Shown here one piece after another: positions 39,317 through 49,017 of a stretch of 64,000 nucleotides of DNA. Both the position numbers and the translations under genes were made by a program. The DNA comes from an uncultured Bdellovibrionales bacterium (GTDB taxonomy: Bacteria > Bdellovibrionota > UBA1018 > CAIPTA01): the NCBI GenBank assembly GCA_964416595.1, contig CAYQES010000003.1, positions 1,419-65,418 on the forward strand, given 5' to 3'. The notes under the pieces are model-generated. The model was not told the DNA's origin. It ran no database searches and saw only the letters and a list, made by a program, of their open reading frames with translations. The stretch's first letter is position 1. Each line of letters begins with the position of its first letter.

Positions 39317-41485
39317 CTACTCCTTGCCTTTAGCCGTGAAACGCATACTCACCACAGTGCCCTCTCCAACGCTACTTGAAACTTCCATGCGGCCCCCGTG
39401 AGCTTCCGCAATCTTTTGACAGATCGAAAGCCCGAGCCCCGTGCCTTGGGGCGACTGGGTAAAAAAGGGAATAAAAATTTTGTCTAAAACCTCCGGGCTC
39501 ATACCAGGCCCATTATCTTCCACACTGAAACTTACGTCTAGTTCACCCTCACGAATAGTATGTTGCAAGCGTAATAGGATATGGGGATTTTCTTTTTTTC
39601 CATTCTTCACCGCATTAAACGCATTCTCCAACAGGTTTACCAATACTAAGCGAACTAAGGTAGGCTGGCATTCTACGGGCGGCATAGTGTCCGGTAAAAT
39701 CAATAAAAATTGCATACCCGCTTCCCGGGCTTTAGGCAAAAAGCTCTCTGCCACAGATTGGGCCAATTGGCGCAGATCGGCCCATTCTAACGCACCCTGA
39801 AAAGGTTTTGTATAATTAAGGAATTGGGTAACGACCGCATTCAAACGATTCACTTCTTCCACAATAATTTTTAAGAAAGGATCTTCTTTACCTTGGCCCT
39901 CGAGCAATTGAGCCGCACCCTTAATAGCTCCCAAGGGATTACGAATTTCGTGGGCTAAACCTGCGGCCATTTCACCTAAAGTGATCAGGCGATCCCGCTC
40001 CCGCAAACGGGCGTATATATCTAATTCCCTTAAGGACTCCCCCGCTCTTTCAAAATAAGGTGCCAAGAGCGGTAGAGCGCCCCAGCTTTCATCCCAATGT
40101 TCGGGGGGATCTTTCAAGTTCACAGTGGCAAATCCAAGAAGGATGCGATTTTGGCTTAAGGGAAAAGCTAACGTACTTTGCAGAGATTCGAGAGCCTCCA
40201 GGTTAAGGCGGAGAAAAGCCGTGCGCGCGGGCAAAGTTTCGCTGACCACCGTGCGCTCCACTTCTGCCGCTAGCACGGGAGTCCATTTTTTGGATTTGGA
40301 AAAAAATTGGGCCAAGGGAAAAGTAGCGGGCAAAATTTCGGGTAGATTTTGCGCGGGAGATCCATCTTGGATTTTACGAAATTGGCGACCCTCACTATCC
40401 AAGGCGTAAAAAGAAACCATGGGCGCATCGAGGGCTTTTTTTAAGAATTTCTCCGTGGCGGATGCAATGGCTTGGCTATGAAAAGCGCCAGCGATTTCTT
40501 TCCCCGCTTCACGGGTGAGCGCTTGGATGCGATTCGCTTCTTTTAAAAAAAGATTTTGGTAGCCAAAACTCACGAGAGAGCGAATGGGATCCAAGCTCCA
40601 CACCGCCACAAAGACCGCAAAAAAAGCATTGATGAGATAGAGGGTTTTGTCGCCGATCACCCAGTTGGTCATGAGAAGAATGGCCACGAAAAAAACCAAA
40701 GCCGCCACAGCATTGGCCAAAAGTTTTCCTAAAATGCGCCGAGAACTTACAAGGGATTGGTTGAGGATTGCGTCTTTTAAGAAATAAAAATAAAAAGCTA
40801 ACAAGAGGTTGCCGACAGCCGGTAAAGTGCGGCCCATCCAGGGCACACGATCCATCACACTGAGGAGCGTGACCACTACTCCACCTAAATACAGCCAAAA
40901 ATTTCTGCGTTTCAAAGCCTGCCGCATTTCAAGAGGAGAAAAACGGGAAAAATCCCCGCCCCGTGGTTTTGTTTTGCCAAAAGTTTCCGAGAAAAAGAGA
41001 TAAAGATTCGCCACCACGATGAGAGAAGGAGAATAGTACGCAAGATCCCGGATCCAGGGCGTGCGATCGAGGCCGAGGATGATAGGAATTATTAAAAGCA
41101 CACAACTTGCGAGGGAAATATATAAGAGCCAGCGGAACACGAGGCCTTCTGGACGTAACAACACTTGGAGGAATAGAAGCGCTAGGGGCGCCAAGGCCAA
41201 AGTGGCGAGGATATGCACGCTTTCCATGAGCCGCCACTCCAGCACCTGCGCCACAAAAAAAGCGAAGGCCCAAAGCGAGAGACAAAACGTGAGCGCACTA
41301 TATGTCCAATTGAGTTTATTGCCCACGCCACGGGAAAGCACATAGAGGCTCAAGGAAAAGCATACGGCTGCCAACAGCAAAGCGGATTCACAGAGTAGAT
41401 CGATTCGGCTCGCGTACACGGGATTTGTTTCTCCTGGGGCTCGTAAAGCGCTTTCGTGGGCTAGAAAATATCCTTTTGTAACCAA
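39317..41485 (-). CDS. membrane sensor histidine kinase with a large polytopic N-terminal domain
   Basis: About 8 TM segments in the first ~300 aa, then H-box LAHEIRNPLGAI and HATPase_c. TTG start is uncertain. Confidence 0.8.
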   Translation of the reverse strand: MVTKGYFLAHESALRAPGETNPVYASRIDLLCESALLLAAVCFSLSLYVLSRGVGNKLNWTYSALTFCLSLWAFAFFVAQVLEWRLMESVHILATLALAPLALLFLQVLLRPEGLVFRWLLYISLASCVLLIIPIILGLDRTPWIRDLAYYSPSLIVVANLYLFFSETFGKTKPRGGDFSRFSPLEMRQALKRRNFWLYLGGVVVTLLSVMDRVPWMGRTLPAVGNLLLAFYFYFLKDAILNQSLVSSRRILGKLLANAVAALVFFVAILLMTNWVIGDKTLYLINAFFAVFVAVWSLDPIRSLVSFGYQNLFLKEANRIQALTREAGKEIAGAFHSQAIASATEKFLKKALDAPMVSFYALDSEGRQFRKIQDGSPAQNLPEILPATFPLAQFFSKSKKWTPVLAAEVERTVVSETLPARTAFLRLNLEALESLQSTLAFPLSQNRILLGFATVNLKDPPEHWDESWGALPLLAPYFERAGESLRELDIYARLRERDRLITLGEMAAGLAHEIRNPLGAIKGAAQLLEGQGKEDPFLKIIVEEVNRLNAVVTQFLNYTKPFQGALEWADLRQLAQSVAESFLPKAREAGMQFLLILPDTMPPVECQPTLVRLVLVNLLENAFNAVKNGKKENPHILLRLQHTIREGELDVSFSVEDNGPGMSPEVLDKIFIPFFTQSPQGTGLGLSICQKIAEAHGGRMEVSSSVGEGTVVSMRFTAKGKE

Positions 41486-41567
41486 TACTTACACTAAAAA
41501 TCCACCCTTATTTCTTACACATCCGCTGTCAAGAAACCTTCCTTTTCTTCCGATGAGTTAGGCGAAT

Positions 41568-42053
41568 ATGGATTCGTCTTCAAAAGTCTCACTTTGGGCT
41601 GAGTGCGCTATTTTTATGGCCACGGTGGCTTTCTGCGCCTTTTCTTGGAAGGTTATGGTGCAGCCACGGGTAGCGGCGAAGGTGGCCGTAGTGGAGCGCA
41701 CGCCTGTTAGTGAGCGGGCTCCGGCTTCTTTGTATATGGCAAATGGGGCAGAGGAGCGCTCCACGAAAGTTTGGGAAATCGGCTGTTTAGGTTCTGGGTC
41801 TGGGGAGCAAAGGCCTCTCTCTACGGAGGCCGGCTTGTTGCGCATCATCGCGCAGCTTTGCGAACCCTATTCTTCTGTGACTGCCACCAATACCACCACC
41901 AAGGAACAACTCTTGATCTTCCAGGCGAAGGAAAAGGTTTCCACCCACTACTTTCCTTTGAAGGAAGGGAAAAATTTGATCGTGTTCGATTGGAACCAAG
42001 GCAAGCGGCGGGAGCAGGTGGAAGTGGTGCGCACAGGCGGAGAGAAGAAGTAA
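41568..42053 (+). CDS. hypothetical membrane-anchored protein
   Basis: N-terminal TM segment. Its stop abuts the next gene's start. Confidence 0.4.
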   Translation: MDSSSKVSLWAECAIFMATVAFCAFSWKVMVQPRVAAKVAVVERTPVSERAPASLYMANGAEERSTKVWEIGCLGSGSGEQRPLSTEAGLLRIIAQLCEPYSSVTATNTTTKEQLLIFQAKEKVSTHYFPLKEGKNLIVFDWNQGKRREQVEVVRTGGEKK

Positions 42054-43172
42054 ATGGCTTTTCGCAGTTTTTTATCTCTATTTTTAGCTTCCCTCTTCAT
42101 CTTGGCGCCGGTTTCGTTCGCCAAAGATAAGGTTGGCTGTGCTCATTACGCCAAACTCAACAAACAGCTACAGCCGAATTTTTCCCGTAAAGGCAATTTA
42201 TGGACGAAAACCTTCAAGTGGGAGCTACGGAGAAATTTCGCTACCTTTCGGGAAGATCCAAAAGATGTGCTCCGCATGGGCCTCGTGGCTGTGTCAAAAG
42301 ACGAAGTGGAATTGATTGCCTTTAGCGAAGTGGATCCACGGATCATGAATCTCTTTGTAGACGGCGACAAATACTATTGGATGCTACATCCGAATAATAA
42401 ATCGGATGAGGTTCCTTACTTTGGCAGCGAGACCGTGGGTTATCTACCCGCCGGCTATACAGCCTCTCGTTCTGTAGTCTCGTTGAGCGAAGAGTCTCCA
42501 GCTTTTTCCATCAAGGCAGGCACGAGCTACCCCCACCTCTCCGATCATCAGCCCACCAAAGCCTCCACTGTAGACGACGTAACCGGCGCTTTGTTACGCC
42601 AGCCCTATATTAACCAGGTGGAACGCATTCTCCCGGAGGATAAGAAACTCATGCTCATCCAGGAACTCATGATCCTGAAGCATAAGGAAACTGGGCAGGG
42701 TGTTTTGATTCGCGATCTAAGCCGCATAGACAACAAAAATATCTATCTCACTGGCCTCAGTATACCCTACGCCGGCCGCGCGATTGCCCGCATAAATCGC
42801 GTGCCGCGAGATTCTTTTTGGACCAAGATATACGCGGCCAATACGGGGCGCGCAAAAGCGCGGCTACTCATTCATTATGGGCTCGAGATGGAAACTCCCA
42901 ATAGCCAAAACGTGATCGTGGAGTTTACGTCGAAATATAAACCCACCAACCGTATCGTGCTTCGTGACACCGTGGATTCTCTCGCCTACGAGCCCTGGTT
43001 CCGAGCACTCGGCATGAATCGCACACTCAAAAAAAATAAGGCCGCAGATTTCAGCCGCGGTCATTTGGAACCTTTTGCCACCAACTCCATCTGGCGCTTC
43101 GATGAGGCTGGTAAAGATAGTTTCTCCGCACAGGCAATGGAGCAAATGGAGAAAGCACACGACCAAGCCTGA
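42054..43172 (+). CDS. secreted hypothetical protein
   Basis: Signal peptide MAFRSFLSLFLASLFILAPVSFA. Confidence 0.55.
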   Translation: MAFRSFLSLFLASLFILAPVSFAKDKVGCAHYAKLNKQLQPNFSRKGNLWTKTFKWELRRNFATFREDPKDVLRMGLVAVSKDEVELIAFSEVDPRIMNLFVDGDKYYWMLHPNNKSDEVPYFGSETVGYLPAGYTASRSVVSLSEESPAFSIKAGTSYPHLSDHQPTKASTVDDVTGALLRQPYINQVERILPEDKKLMLIQELMILKHKETGQGVLIRDLSRIDNKNIYLTGLSIPYAGRAIARINRVPRDSFWTKIYAANTGRAKARLLIHYGLEMETPNSQNVIVEFTSKYKPTNRIVLRDTVDSLAYEPWFRALGMNRTLKKNKAADFSRGHLEPFATNSIWRFDEAGKDSFSAQAMEQMEKAHDQA

Positions 43173-43190
43173 CTAGACGAGATTAAGAGT

Positions 43191-43424
43191 ATGCTCAAGA
43201 ACGTGCCCGACAACGTGAACAGCATTTCCGAGATGGACAATTTTCTGAAATCTCCCGAAGGCCAGAAAGCCTTGCGCAATTACCACGAAGGCCTCAACAC
43301 CTTACCCAAGCTCCAAAAGATCGACGAAATGAGCCTTCGGCACAAGGTGCGCGACTGGGCAGAAAAGTGGGTTCGGGGAACAGAAGAGGTTCTGATTCCC
43401 GTGGGTGGATTTGCCTGGGCTTGA
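43191..43424 (+). CDS. small hypothetical protein
   Basis: 77 aa, 18 nt downstream of the previous gene. Confidence 0.35.
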   Translation: MLKNVPDNVNSISEMDNFLKSPEGQKALRNYHEGLNTLPKLQKIDEMSLRHKVRDWAEKWVRGTEEVLIPVGGFAWA

Positions 43425-43468
43425 GGCCGTTTCATTCAGTTGAGTTCAGTGAGGGCCCCCGAGGAGAA

Positions 43469-44449
43469 CTAGAAACTCACCGAGTATGTAACCTTAGCCG
43501 TATCCCGGCTTTTCTCTCCCAAATTGCTACGCTTCGAGCCGCCCCAACGCTCAGAGTTCAAATCTAAAGAAACTTGCTCCGTGATTTTTTTATTCACATT
43601 AAGCACTAAGAGAGATTCATCCACTCCGTAACGCACCTTAGATTTCATCTCTAATTTCTTGAATTCACGGTTGAGCTCCACGGCGAGATTTTCACCCGAA
43701 CCGGCTCTGGCTTCCACGGAAGTAGTCACGATGGGATTAGAAAAGGTCAATTGGCCTTGAGTCTTCAGCACATTCAGCTTGGCTCGCAAACGAGTAGGAA
43801 TCACTTCTTCTTCCTCTTTTGTAAGGGAGGAGAAATCCGCGCGGTGAGCCCGGGCGATGCGCTCTTCTTCGGTCAATCGCGCTTCCGCTTTGCTATCTTT
43901 AGGATCGTCTTGCATACCGGTTGTAGCGGCTACCACACCTAAGGCGGCAGAATCTTTTTTCCGACGTTGCACAAAATCTTTTAATTGGGCCCGGCCCACT
44001 TCTTTGAGAGTCCAGCTGGCCAATTCCTTACGGCTCTCTTCGTAGCGCTGCCGCTCCCAAGTGTTAGAACGGCGATAAGGGTTCAAAACTTCTTTTTCGA
44101 TGGGGCTTACGGTGCCGTAGTAACGTTCCCGCATGCGCGCGCTCATGTCTTCGTCAAAAATTTTCTGGTTGAGGGTTTTGTTCGTAGCCATCACTTGATC
44201 GATATTTTCCCAGCGGGGATCTTCTTTTTTCGCCACAGGACGGAAGCGAGCCCAGCGATTGCTCAGTTTCGCGAGCAAGCCGGGCGTGGATGGGGAAGGC
44301 TTGGCAGGTTTTACGGCCACGGGCGTAACAGCTGGTTTCTCCAGCGCTGGTGGTTGAGAAATGCTGCCCACGGCGGTTTGGCCATCCGCTAAAACGGCTA
44401 TAACGCTGCAGAAAATCAGTACTAGAGAGATGGTCTTCTTTAATGACAT
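43469..44449 (-). CDS. secreted charged (K/E/R-rich) hypothetical protein
   Basis: Signal peptide, low-complexity charged central region. Confidence 0.55.
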   Translation of the reverse strand: MSLKKTISLVLIFCSVIAVLADGQTAVGSISQPPALEKPAVTPVAVKPAKPSPSTPGLLAKLSNRWARFRPVAKKEDPRWENIDQVMATNKTLNQKIFDEDMSARMRERYYGTVSPIEKEVLNPYRRSNTWERQRYEESRKELASWTLKEVGRAQLKDFVQRRKKDSAALGVVAATTGMQDDPKDSKAEARLTEEERIARAHRADFSSLTKEEEEVIPTRLRAKLNVLKTQGQLTFSNPIVTTSVEARAGSGENLAVELNREFKKLEMKSKVRYGVDESLLVLNVNKKITEQVSLDLNSERWGGSKRSNLGEKSRDTAKVTYSVSF

Positions 44450-44622
44450 AAGTCCTCAAAGTATTTAGTGCAAAACCAGTACCAGTACCCGATTAGACCA
44501 TTTTTACTGTATAATATCCAACACTTAACCATGTATCCTGGAAGTTACGCCTAAGCCCTAAACAACCCATACTGTTGAATTTTTATACAGTGCACAGGAA
44601 TCCAACGTCCTTCCCCGCCCCC

Positions 44623-45318
44623 TTAACCCATAGGTAGCTGAGCACACCAAAAAGCCAAGGCCATGAGCGCCCCACTCACCACTGGAATGGAGAAATTGTC
44701 GTCCACGTTTAGGGGCAAAAGCTCTGCGATACTGCCCGATAGCCCCCCCAGCAGGGATAACAACAGGATCTTTTCTCGATCGAAATCCTGCCAAACGAGA
44801 TAAATAGCTGTTACTACAGCACAAATCACAAACCCCCCCAGGGTGCCCTGGAGGCTCTTATTGGGAAAGATTTTGCTGCGTCCGTAGAGCACCCCAAAAA
44901 AGGAGGAAGAGGGGTCACCAAACGCCAAGTAGAGAATCGAAAGCACCGCGATATGCCGGGGAAAAATCAAAAACGCGAACAGGCAAGAAGCCATATAAAA
45001 CGGAATGCCCGTAAGCTGATTCACCTCTGTGTCACGCATAATCGGGCCCATCACCTTCACCGCCAAGCCATTCACCCACTCCCAGCGGGCCCGGCAATAC
45101 TCCAGGCTCATCACCAGAGCTAAAAAAGTGCCTAAGATAGCGGCCATATATTCCTGAGAAAAGTTTAGAAAAAGAAAGGGCACAAGAAACACTAGGCCGC
45201 CACTCATATGAAAAGTTTTTCGAGCCAGGTGCAGATCGCTTCGTTGAGCCAGGGGTTTTCTTCCCTGTGTCAGACGCAAAGAGAGCGCCCAATTTTTCCA
45301 CTCTTGCCAACGTTTCAT
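44623..45318 (-). CDS. integral membrane protein, CTP_transf_1-like (dolichol/phytol kinase - CDP-diglyceride synthase superfamily)
   Basis: 6-7 TM segments, LARKTFHMSGG motif. Confidence 0.45.
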   Translation of the reverse strand: MKRWQEWKNWALSLRLTQGRKPLAQRSDLHLARKTFHMSGGLVFLVPFLFLNFSQEYMAAILGTFLALVMSLEYCRARWEWVNGLAVKVMGPIMRDTEVNQLTGIPFYMASCLFAFLIFPRHIAVLSILYLAFGDPSSSFFGVLYGRSKIFPNKSLQGTLGGFVICAVVTAIYLVWQDFDREKILLLSLLGGLSGSIAELLPLNVDDNFSIPVVSGALMALAFWCAQLPMG

Positions 45319-45446
45319 GGTTTAATGCTCTCATGGAGAAGTGGGAATCGCATCCAAAACTGGTCCAGCTTTTTTACCTTCTTCCGAGTTGACTTTAAGC
45401 GTCAGTCTTCTGATACTAGAAAGGGAGAGGGGCTTTTTACAAATTC

Positions 45447-46457
45447 ATGGATAGCCTTGTGGAAAAAGAAGTGCTTGCGGAAGCGATGGAAGTGGTAAGC
45501 ACTCCCACCACTACCGGTTCCGGATCTTCTTATAAACAAATTTGGGCGATTGGTGGCGGTAAAGGCGGAGTGGGAAAAACTCTGATCACCGCCAACTATG
45601 CTATCACCTTGGCCAAAGCGGGCGCTTCGGTGGTACTAGTGGATTTGGATTTGGGTGGCGCCAACTTGCACACTTGCTTAGGCGTGGAAGTGGGAGAAAA
45701 AACTCTTACGGATCTTTTTTCTCCCGACATAAAAAATCTTAACGATCTCTGCATTCCCACTAATATCCCTAATCTCTCTCTCATCAGCGGCGCGCAAGAT
45801 AGCTTGAACGTGGCGAACCTGCCCCACGCCCAGAAGCAAAAATTACTGAACAAACTGAAACAGCTGCCCGCGGATTATATTATTTTGGATCTCGGTGCCG
45901 GCACGTCTTACAACACTTTGGATTTTTTCTTGGCGGCAGACGTGGGCATCCTCGTGGTGCTGCCTGAGCCTACTAGCATCGAAAACGCCTACCGCTTCAT
46001 CAAAAGCGCTTTCTACCGGAAATTAAAAAATATCGAATACCTCTACGACGCCCGCTCCTTTGTGGACGCCACCATGAACCGTAAAAATGAACTCGGCATC
46101 CGCACCCCTGCAGATTTACTCCGCTCCCTAGAAGAGCAATTCCCCGAGGTGGGATCCAAGGTGCGCAGCGCCATCAACCGTTTCGATATTAAACTCGTGG
46201 TGAACCAAGGCCGTACGGCCACTGACACGGAAATCGGCTACGGAGTGCGCAATGTGTGCAAAAAGTACTTTGGCTTCAACTTAGATTACCTGGGTTGCCT
46301 GGAATACGATTCCGCCGTTTGGCAGAGCGTGCGCAGGAAACGCCCCCTAGCCATCGAGTTCCCTTCAAGCCCCCTCGTGCCCGCGATCCAAAGGATGGTG
46401 GGCCATATCGTGGCCGAACAAGCGGAAAAATTGAAACGCCAAGAAGTGGAATTGTGA
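45447..46457 (+). CDS. ParA/MinD-family P-loop ATPase
   Basis: Deviant Walker A GGGKGGVGKT. Confidence 0.8.
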   Translation: MDSLVEKEVLAEAMEVVSTPTTTGSGSSYKQIWAIGGGKGGVGKTLITANYAITLAKAGASVVLVDLDLGGANLHTCLGVEVGEKTLTDLFSPDIKNLNDLCIPTNIPNLSLISGAQDSLNVANLPHAQKQKLLNKLKQLPADYIILDLGAGTSYNTLDFFLAADVGILVVLPEPTSIENAYRFIKSAFYRKLKNIEYLYDARSFVDATMNRKNELGIRTPADLLRSLEEQFPEVGSKVRSAINRFDIKLVVNQGRTATDTEIGYGVRNVCKKYFGFNLDYLGCLEYDSAVWQSVRRKRPLAIEFPSSPLVPAIQRMVGHIVAEQAEKLKRQEVEL

Positions 46458-46484
46458 TCGGCCCTATTCACTAGAACAACTCCC

Positions 46485-47276
46485 GTGCTAGGATTATTTT
46501 ATCCTATGGGAAAGAACGGCAAGCAAAGTTACTACGAAATTCTCGACGTTAGCCTCAACGCCAATCCGGAAATCATTCGCACTTCTTATATCCGCGCTAA
46601 AAACGCCTACAACCGGGATTCCTTGGCGGCTTACTCCCTCTTTGATCGGGAAGAATCAAAACGCATTTTAGAAGAAATCGAGGAAGCCTACGCCATTCTC
46701 TCCGATTCCGAGAAGCGCCGAAAATACGACGAATCCCACGGCATCCTTTCCTCTGAATCTGTGTACGACGCCTACCACAGGGGCAATCACGCAGTGGCCG
46801 CCTTTACCCGCGATAGCTTGCCCCAAGAAGGCGAAGATCGTTTTAGCTTTGAGGATGATCCCTTCCGCAAAGCCGCTGGAGAAGCCAAGCCCGCACCAGT
46901 TTCGGCAAAACCCTCTCCTCTTGAGCGCTTGAAGGCGTTGGATAACTCTCCCGCTCCCGCCAAAGCCTACCATGTGGTGCACACCTTCGAAAAAGACGAC
47001 GCCATGGAAGAGCGGATCCAGAAATGCGAAGGCGTGAATGGTGCATTTTTGAAAGCCGTGCGGGAATACAAAAAGATTTCCCAGGATGAAATCATGAACA
47101 TCCTAAAAATCAGCCGCAATTATTTAACGGCCCTTGAGGAAGACAATTTCTCCAAACTCCCCGCCAATGTGTTCGTGCGCGGATTCGTGATCCAATACGC
47201 GAAAGCCGTGCGCGTGGACCACGAAAAAGTGGCTAACGCCTACATGGACTATCTGCGCGCCAACCGGCCAAGTTAG
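46485..47276 (+). CDS. J-domain-like N-terminus + RodZ-like HTH C-terminus protein
   Basis: YYEILDVSLNANPEIIRTSYIRAKNAY is J-domain-like but lacks HPD. The C-terminal HTH (ISQDEIMNILKISRNYLTALEEDNF) resembles HTH_25/RodZ. Confidence 0.5.
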   Translation: MLGLFYPMGKNGKQSYYEILDVSLNANPEIIRTSYIRAKNAYNRDSLAAYSLFDREESKRILEEIEEAYAILSDSEKRRKYDESHGILSSESVYDAYHRGNHAVAAFTRDSLPQEGEDRFSFEDDPFRKAAGEAKPAPVSAKPSPLERLKALDNSPAPAKAYHVVHTFEKDDAMEERIQKCEGVNGAFLKAVREYKKISQDEIMNILKISRNYLTALEEDNFSKLPANVFVRGFVIQYAKAVRVDHEKVANAYMDYLRANRPS

Positions 47277-47278
47277 CC

Positions 47279-48289
47279 ATGGCCGTGTTGCAGGCCGGGC
47301 AATGGATTTCGATCACAGCTGAGGTAGCAGGAGAGCGCTTGGATGTTGCGCTCGCTCGACTCTTCCCTGAACTTTCTCGTTCGCGCGCGCAAAAATTAAT
47401 TTTGGAAGGTTTCGTACGCTGCAATGGCGCGGGTGCAAAGGCGAATTTGAAATTAGCAGTTGGTGATACGCTAGAAGTTTTTTTGCCCTTGGCGCGGGCG
47501 GTAGGAGTAGAGGCCCAGAATATTCCGTTAGAGATTCTCTACCAAGACGAGCATTTAGCCGTGGTGGAAAAACCTCCGGGCCTCGTGGTGCATCCAGCGG
47601 CGGGGCACGAAGACGGAACTTTAGTGAATGCGCTGTTGCACCACTTTCCCGATCTTTCCACGGGCTCCGGCATCGGCGGGGAACTTCGGCCCGGCATCGT
47701 TCATCGCATCGATAAAAATACTTCCGGGATTTTACTGATCACAAAAACCGATTTGGCCCATGCACATCTTTCGCAGCAGTTTAAAGAGCATTCAATTTCT
47801 CGGCGTTATTTGGGATTGTGTTGGGGCTCGCTGCCTTCCCGGGGCGAGTGGAACGAAGCTATCGCTCGGGATCCAAAGGAGCGCAAACGCATGGCGCCCT
47901 CGGAAAAAGGCCGCACGGCACTCACGCGTTTTCGGTGTGTTTCTGGTTTTCCAGGAGTTTCGCTCTTTGAAGCGGAATTATTCACGGGCCGCACCCACCA
48001 GATCCGGGTGCACTTTTCTTTTCATGGATTTCCTTTGGTGGGGGATTCTGTGTATGGAGGCGCTTGCCGGGCCGCAAGGAAATCCAGGGAAGAAGGCGGG
48101 CGAGTGCTGGCGAAACGGTGTGTTGAGGGTTCGCGATTGGTGGAAAAGTTGGAAGAAGCTGGCCGGCAATTTTTGCACGCGGCTCATTTAGGTTTTGTTC
48201 ATCCTGTTTCGCAGAAGCGGATGGAATTTAATAGCGAGCTGCCGGAGGATTTAAGGGAAATCATGCTAGCATTGGAGCCATGCAAATGA
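47279..48289 (+). CDS. rluD: RluA-family 23S rRNA pseudouridine synthase (RluD-like)
   Basis: S4 domain plus catalytic HRIDKNTSGILLITK motif. Confidence 0.8.
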   Translation: MAVLQAGQWISITAEVAGERLDVALARLFPELSRSRAQKLILEGFVRCNGAGAKANLKLAVGDTLEVFLPLARAVGVEAQNIPLEILYQDEHLAVVEKPPGLVVHPAAGHEDGTLVNALLHHFPDLSTGSGIGGELRPGIVHRIDKNTSGILLITKTDLAHAHLSQQFKEHSISRRYLGLCWGSLPSRGEWNEAIARDPKERKRMAPSEKGRTALTRFRCVSGFPGVSLFEAELFTGRTHQIRVHFSFHGFPLVGDSVYGGACRAARKSREEGGRVLAKRCVEGSRLVEKLEEAGRQFLHAAHLGFVHPVSQKRMEFNSELPEDLREIMLALEPCK

Positions 48290-48954
48290 TTCGCTCTCCT
48301 CTTTTATCCTCTTTGGCCGGTGTGGAACACGGATTTTTGCCAGAGCCAGACCCTGTTATTAAGTCTCAAGTGAGCACCGTGAAGCAAGTACACGGAGATT
48401 TATTGCTGTGGAGTGATCGTTTGGAAAAAGGAGAACGGGAAGCAGACGGAATTGCAACACGAAAGGCTGGCTTGAAAGTGGGCGTTTATTCCGCGGACTG
48501 TGCGCCGATTCTTGTGGCCGCATTGAGTGAGGGCGGCGCAGTGGTTTCTGTGATGGCCGTGCATGGGGGCTGGCGAGGCACTGCGATGGAAATCGGCGCA
48601 AAAAGCTTTACGCGTTTTGCGGAAGAACTTGGCTCTAAGGCCGCGCGCTTTGTGGCCGCGATTGGTCCGTGCATTAGTTTTGAAAGTTTTGAAGTGGGCG
48701 AAGAAGTGGTGACCGCTTTTCCTGGATCATTGGATCGGGGCCTCGCGCGATTTTTACGCATGGAAGAGAATAAGAAAAAATTTCTCTTCGATTTGCCTGG
48801 GGAGAATCGGCGGCAGTTATTGGCGGCGGCGGAACGCTTGGGAGTAAAGTTAGAAGTAGAAGCTTTGGGGATTTGCACATTGCGGGAAGCGCTCCCCTCC
48901 TATCGGCGGGATGGGAAGAAGGCGGGAAGAATTTTATCATATATTGGATTTTAG
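48280..48954 (+). CDS. pgeF: YfiH/PgeF-family (DUF152, laccase-domain) peptidoglycan editing factor / purine nucleoside phosphorylase
   Basis: Conserved ADCAPIL...HGGWRG motifs. Confidence 0.7.
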   Translation: MQMIRSPLLSSLAGVEHGFLPEPDPVIKSQVSTVKQVHGDLLLWSDRLEKGEREADGIATRKAGLKVGVYSADCAPILVAALSEGGAVVSVMAVHGGWRGTAMEIGAKSFTRFAEELGSKAARFVAAIGPCISFESFEVGEEVVTAFPGSLDRGLARFLRMEENKKKFLFDLPGENRRQLLAAAERLGVKLEVEALGICTLREALPSYRRDGKKAGRILSYIGF

Positions 48955-48995
48955 TAACGCACCGCTTGTCCGGCGCGGACAGGCGATGCGTTAAG
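48955..48995. repeat. REP-like element, copy 6 (near-complete 2x18 palindrome)
   Basis: taacgcaccgcttgtccggcgcggacaggcgatgcgttaa, immediately after the pgeF stop. Confidence 0.75.
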
Positions 48996-49017
48996 TCCAA
49001 TTGGCATGGGCAAAGTT

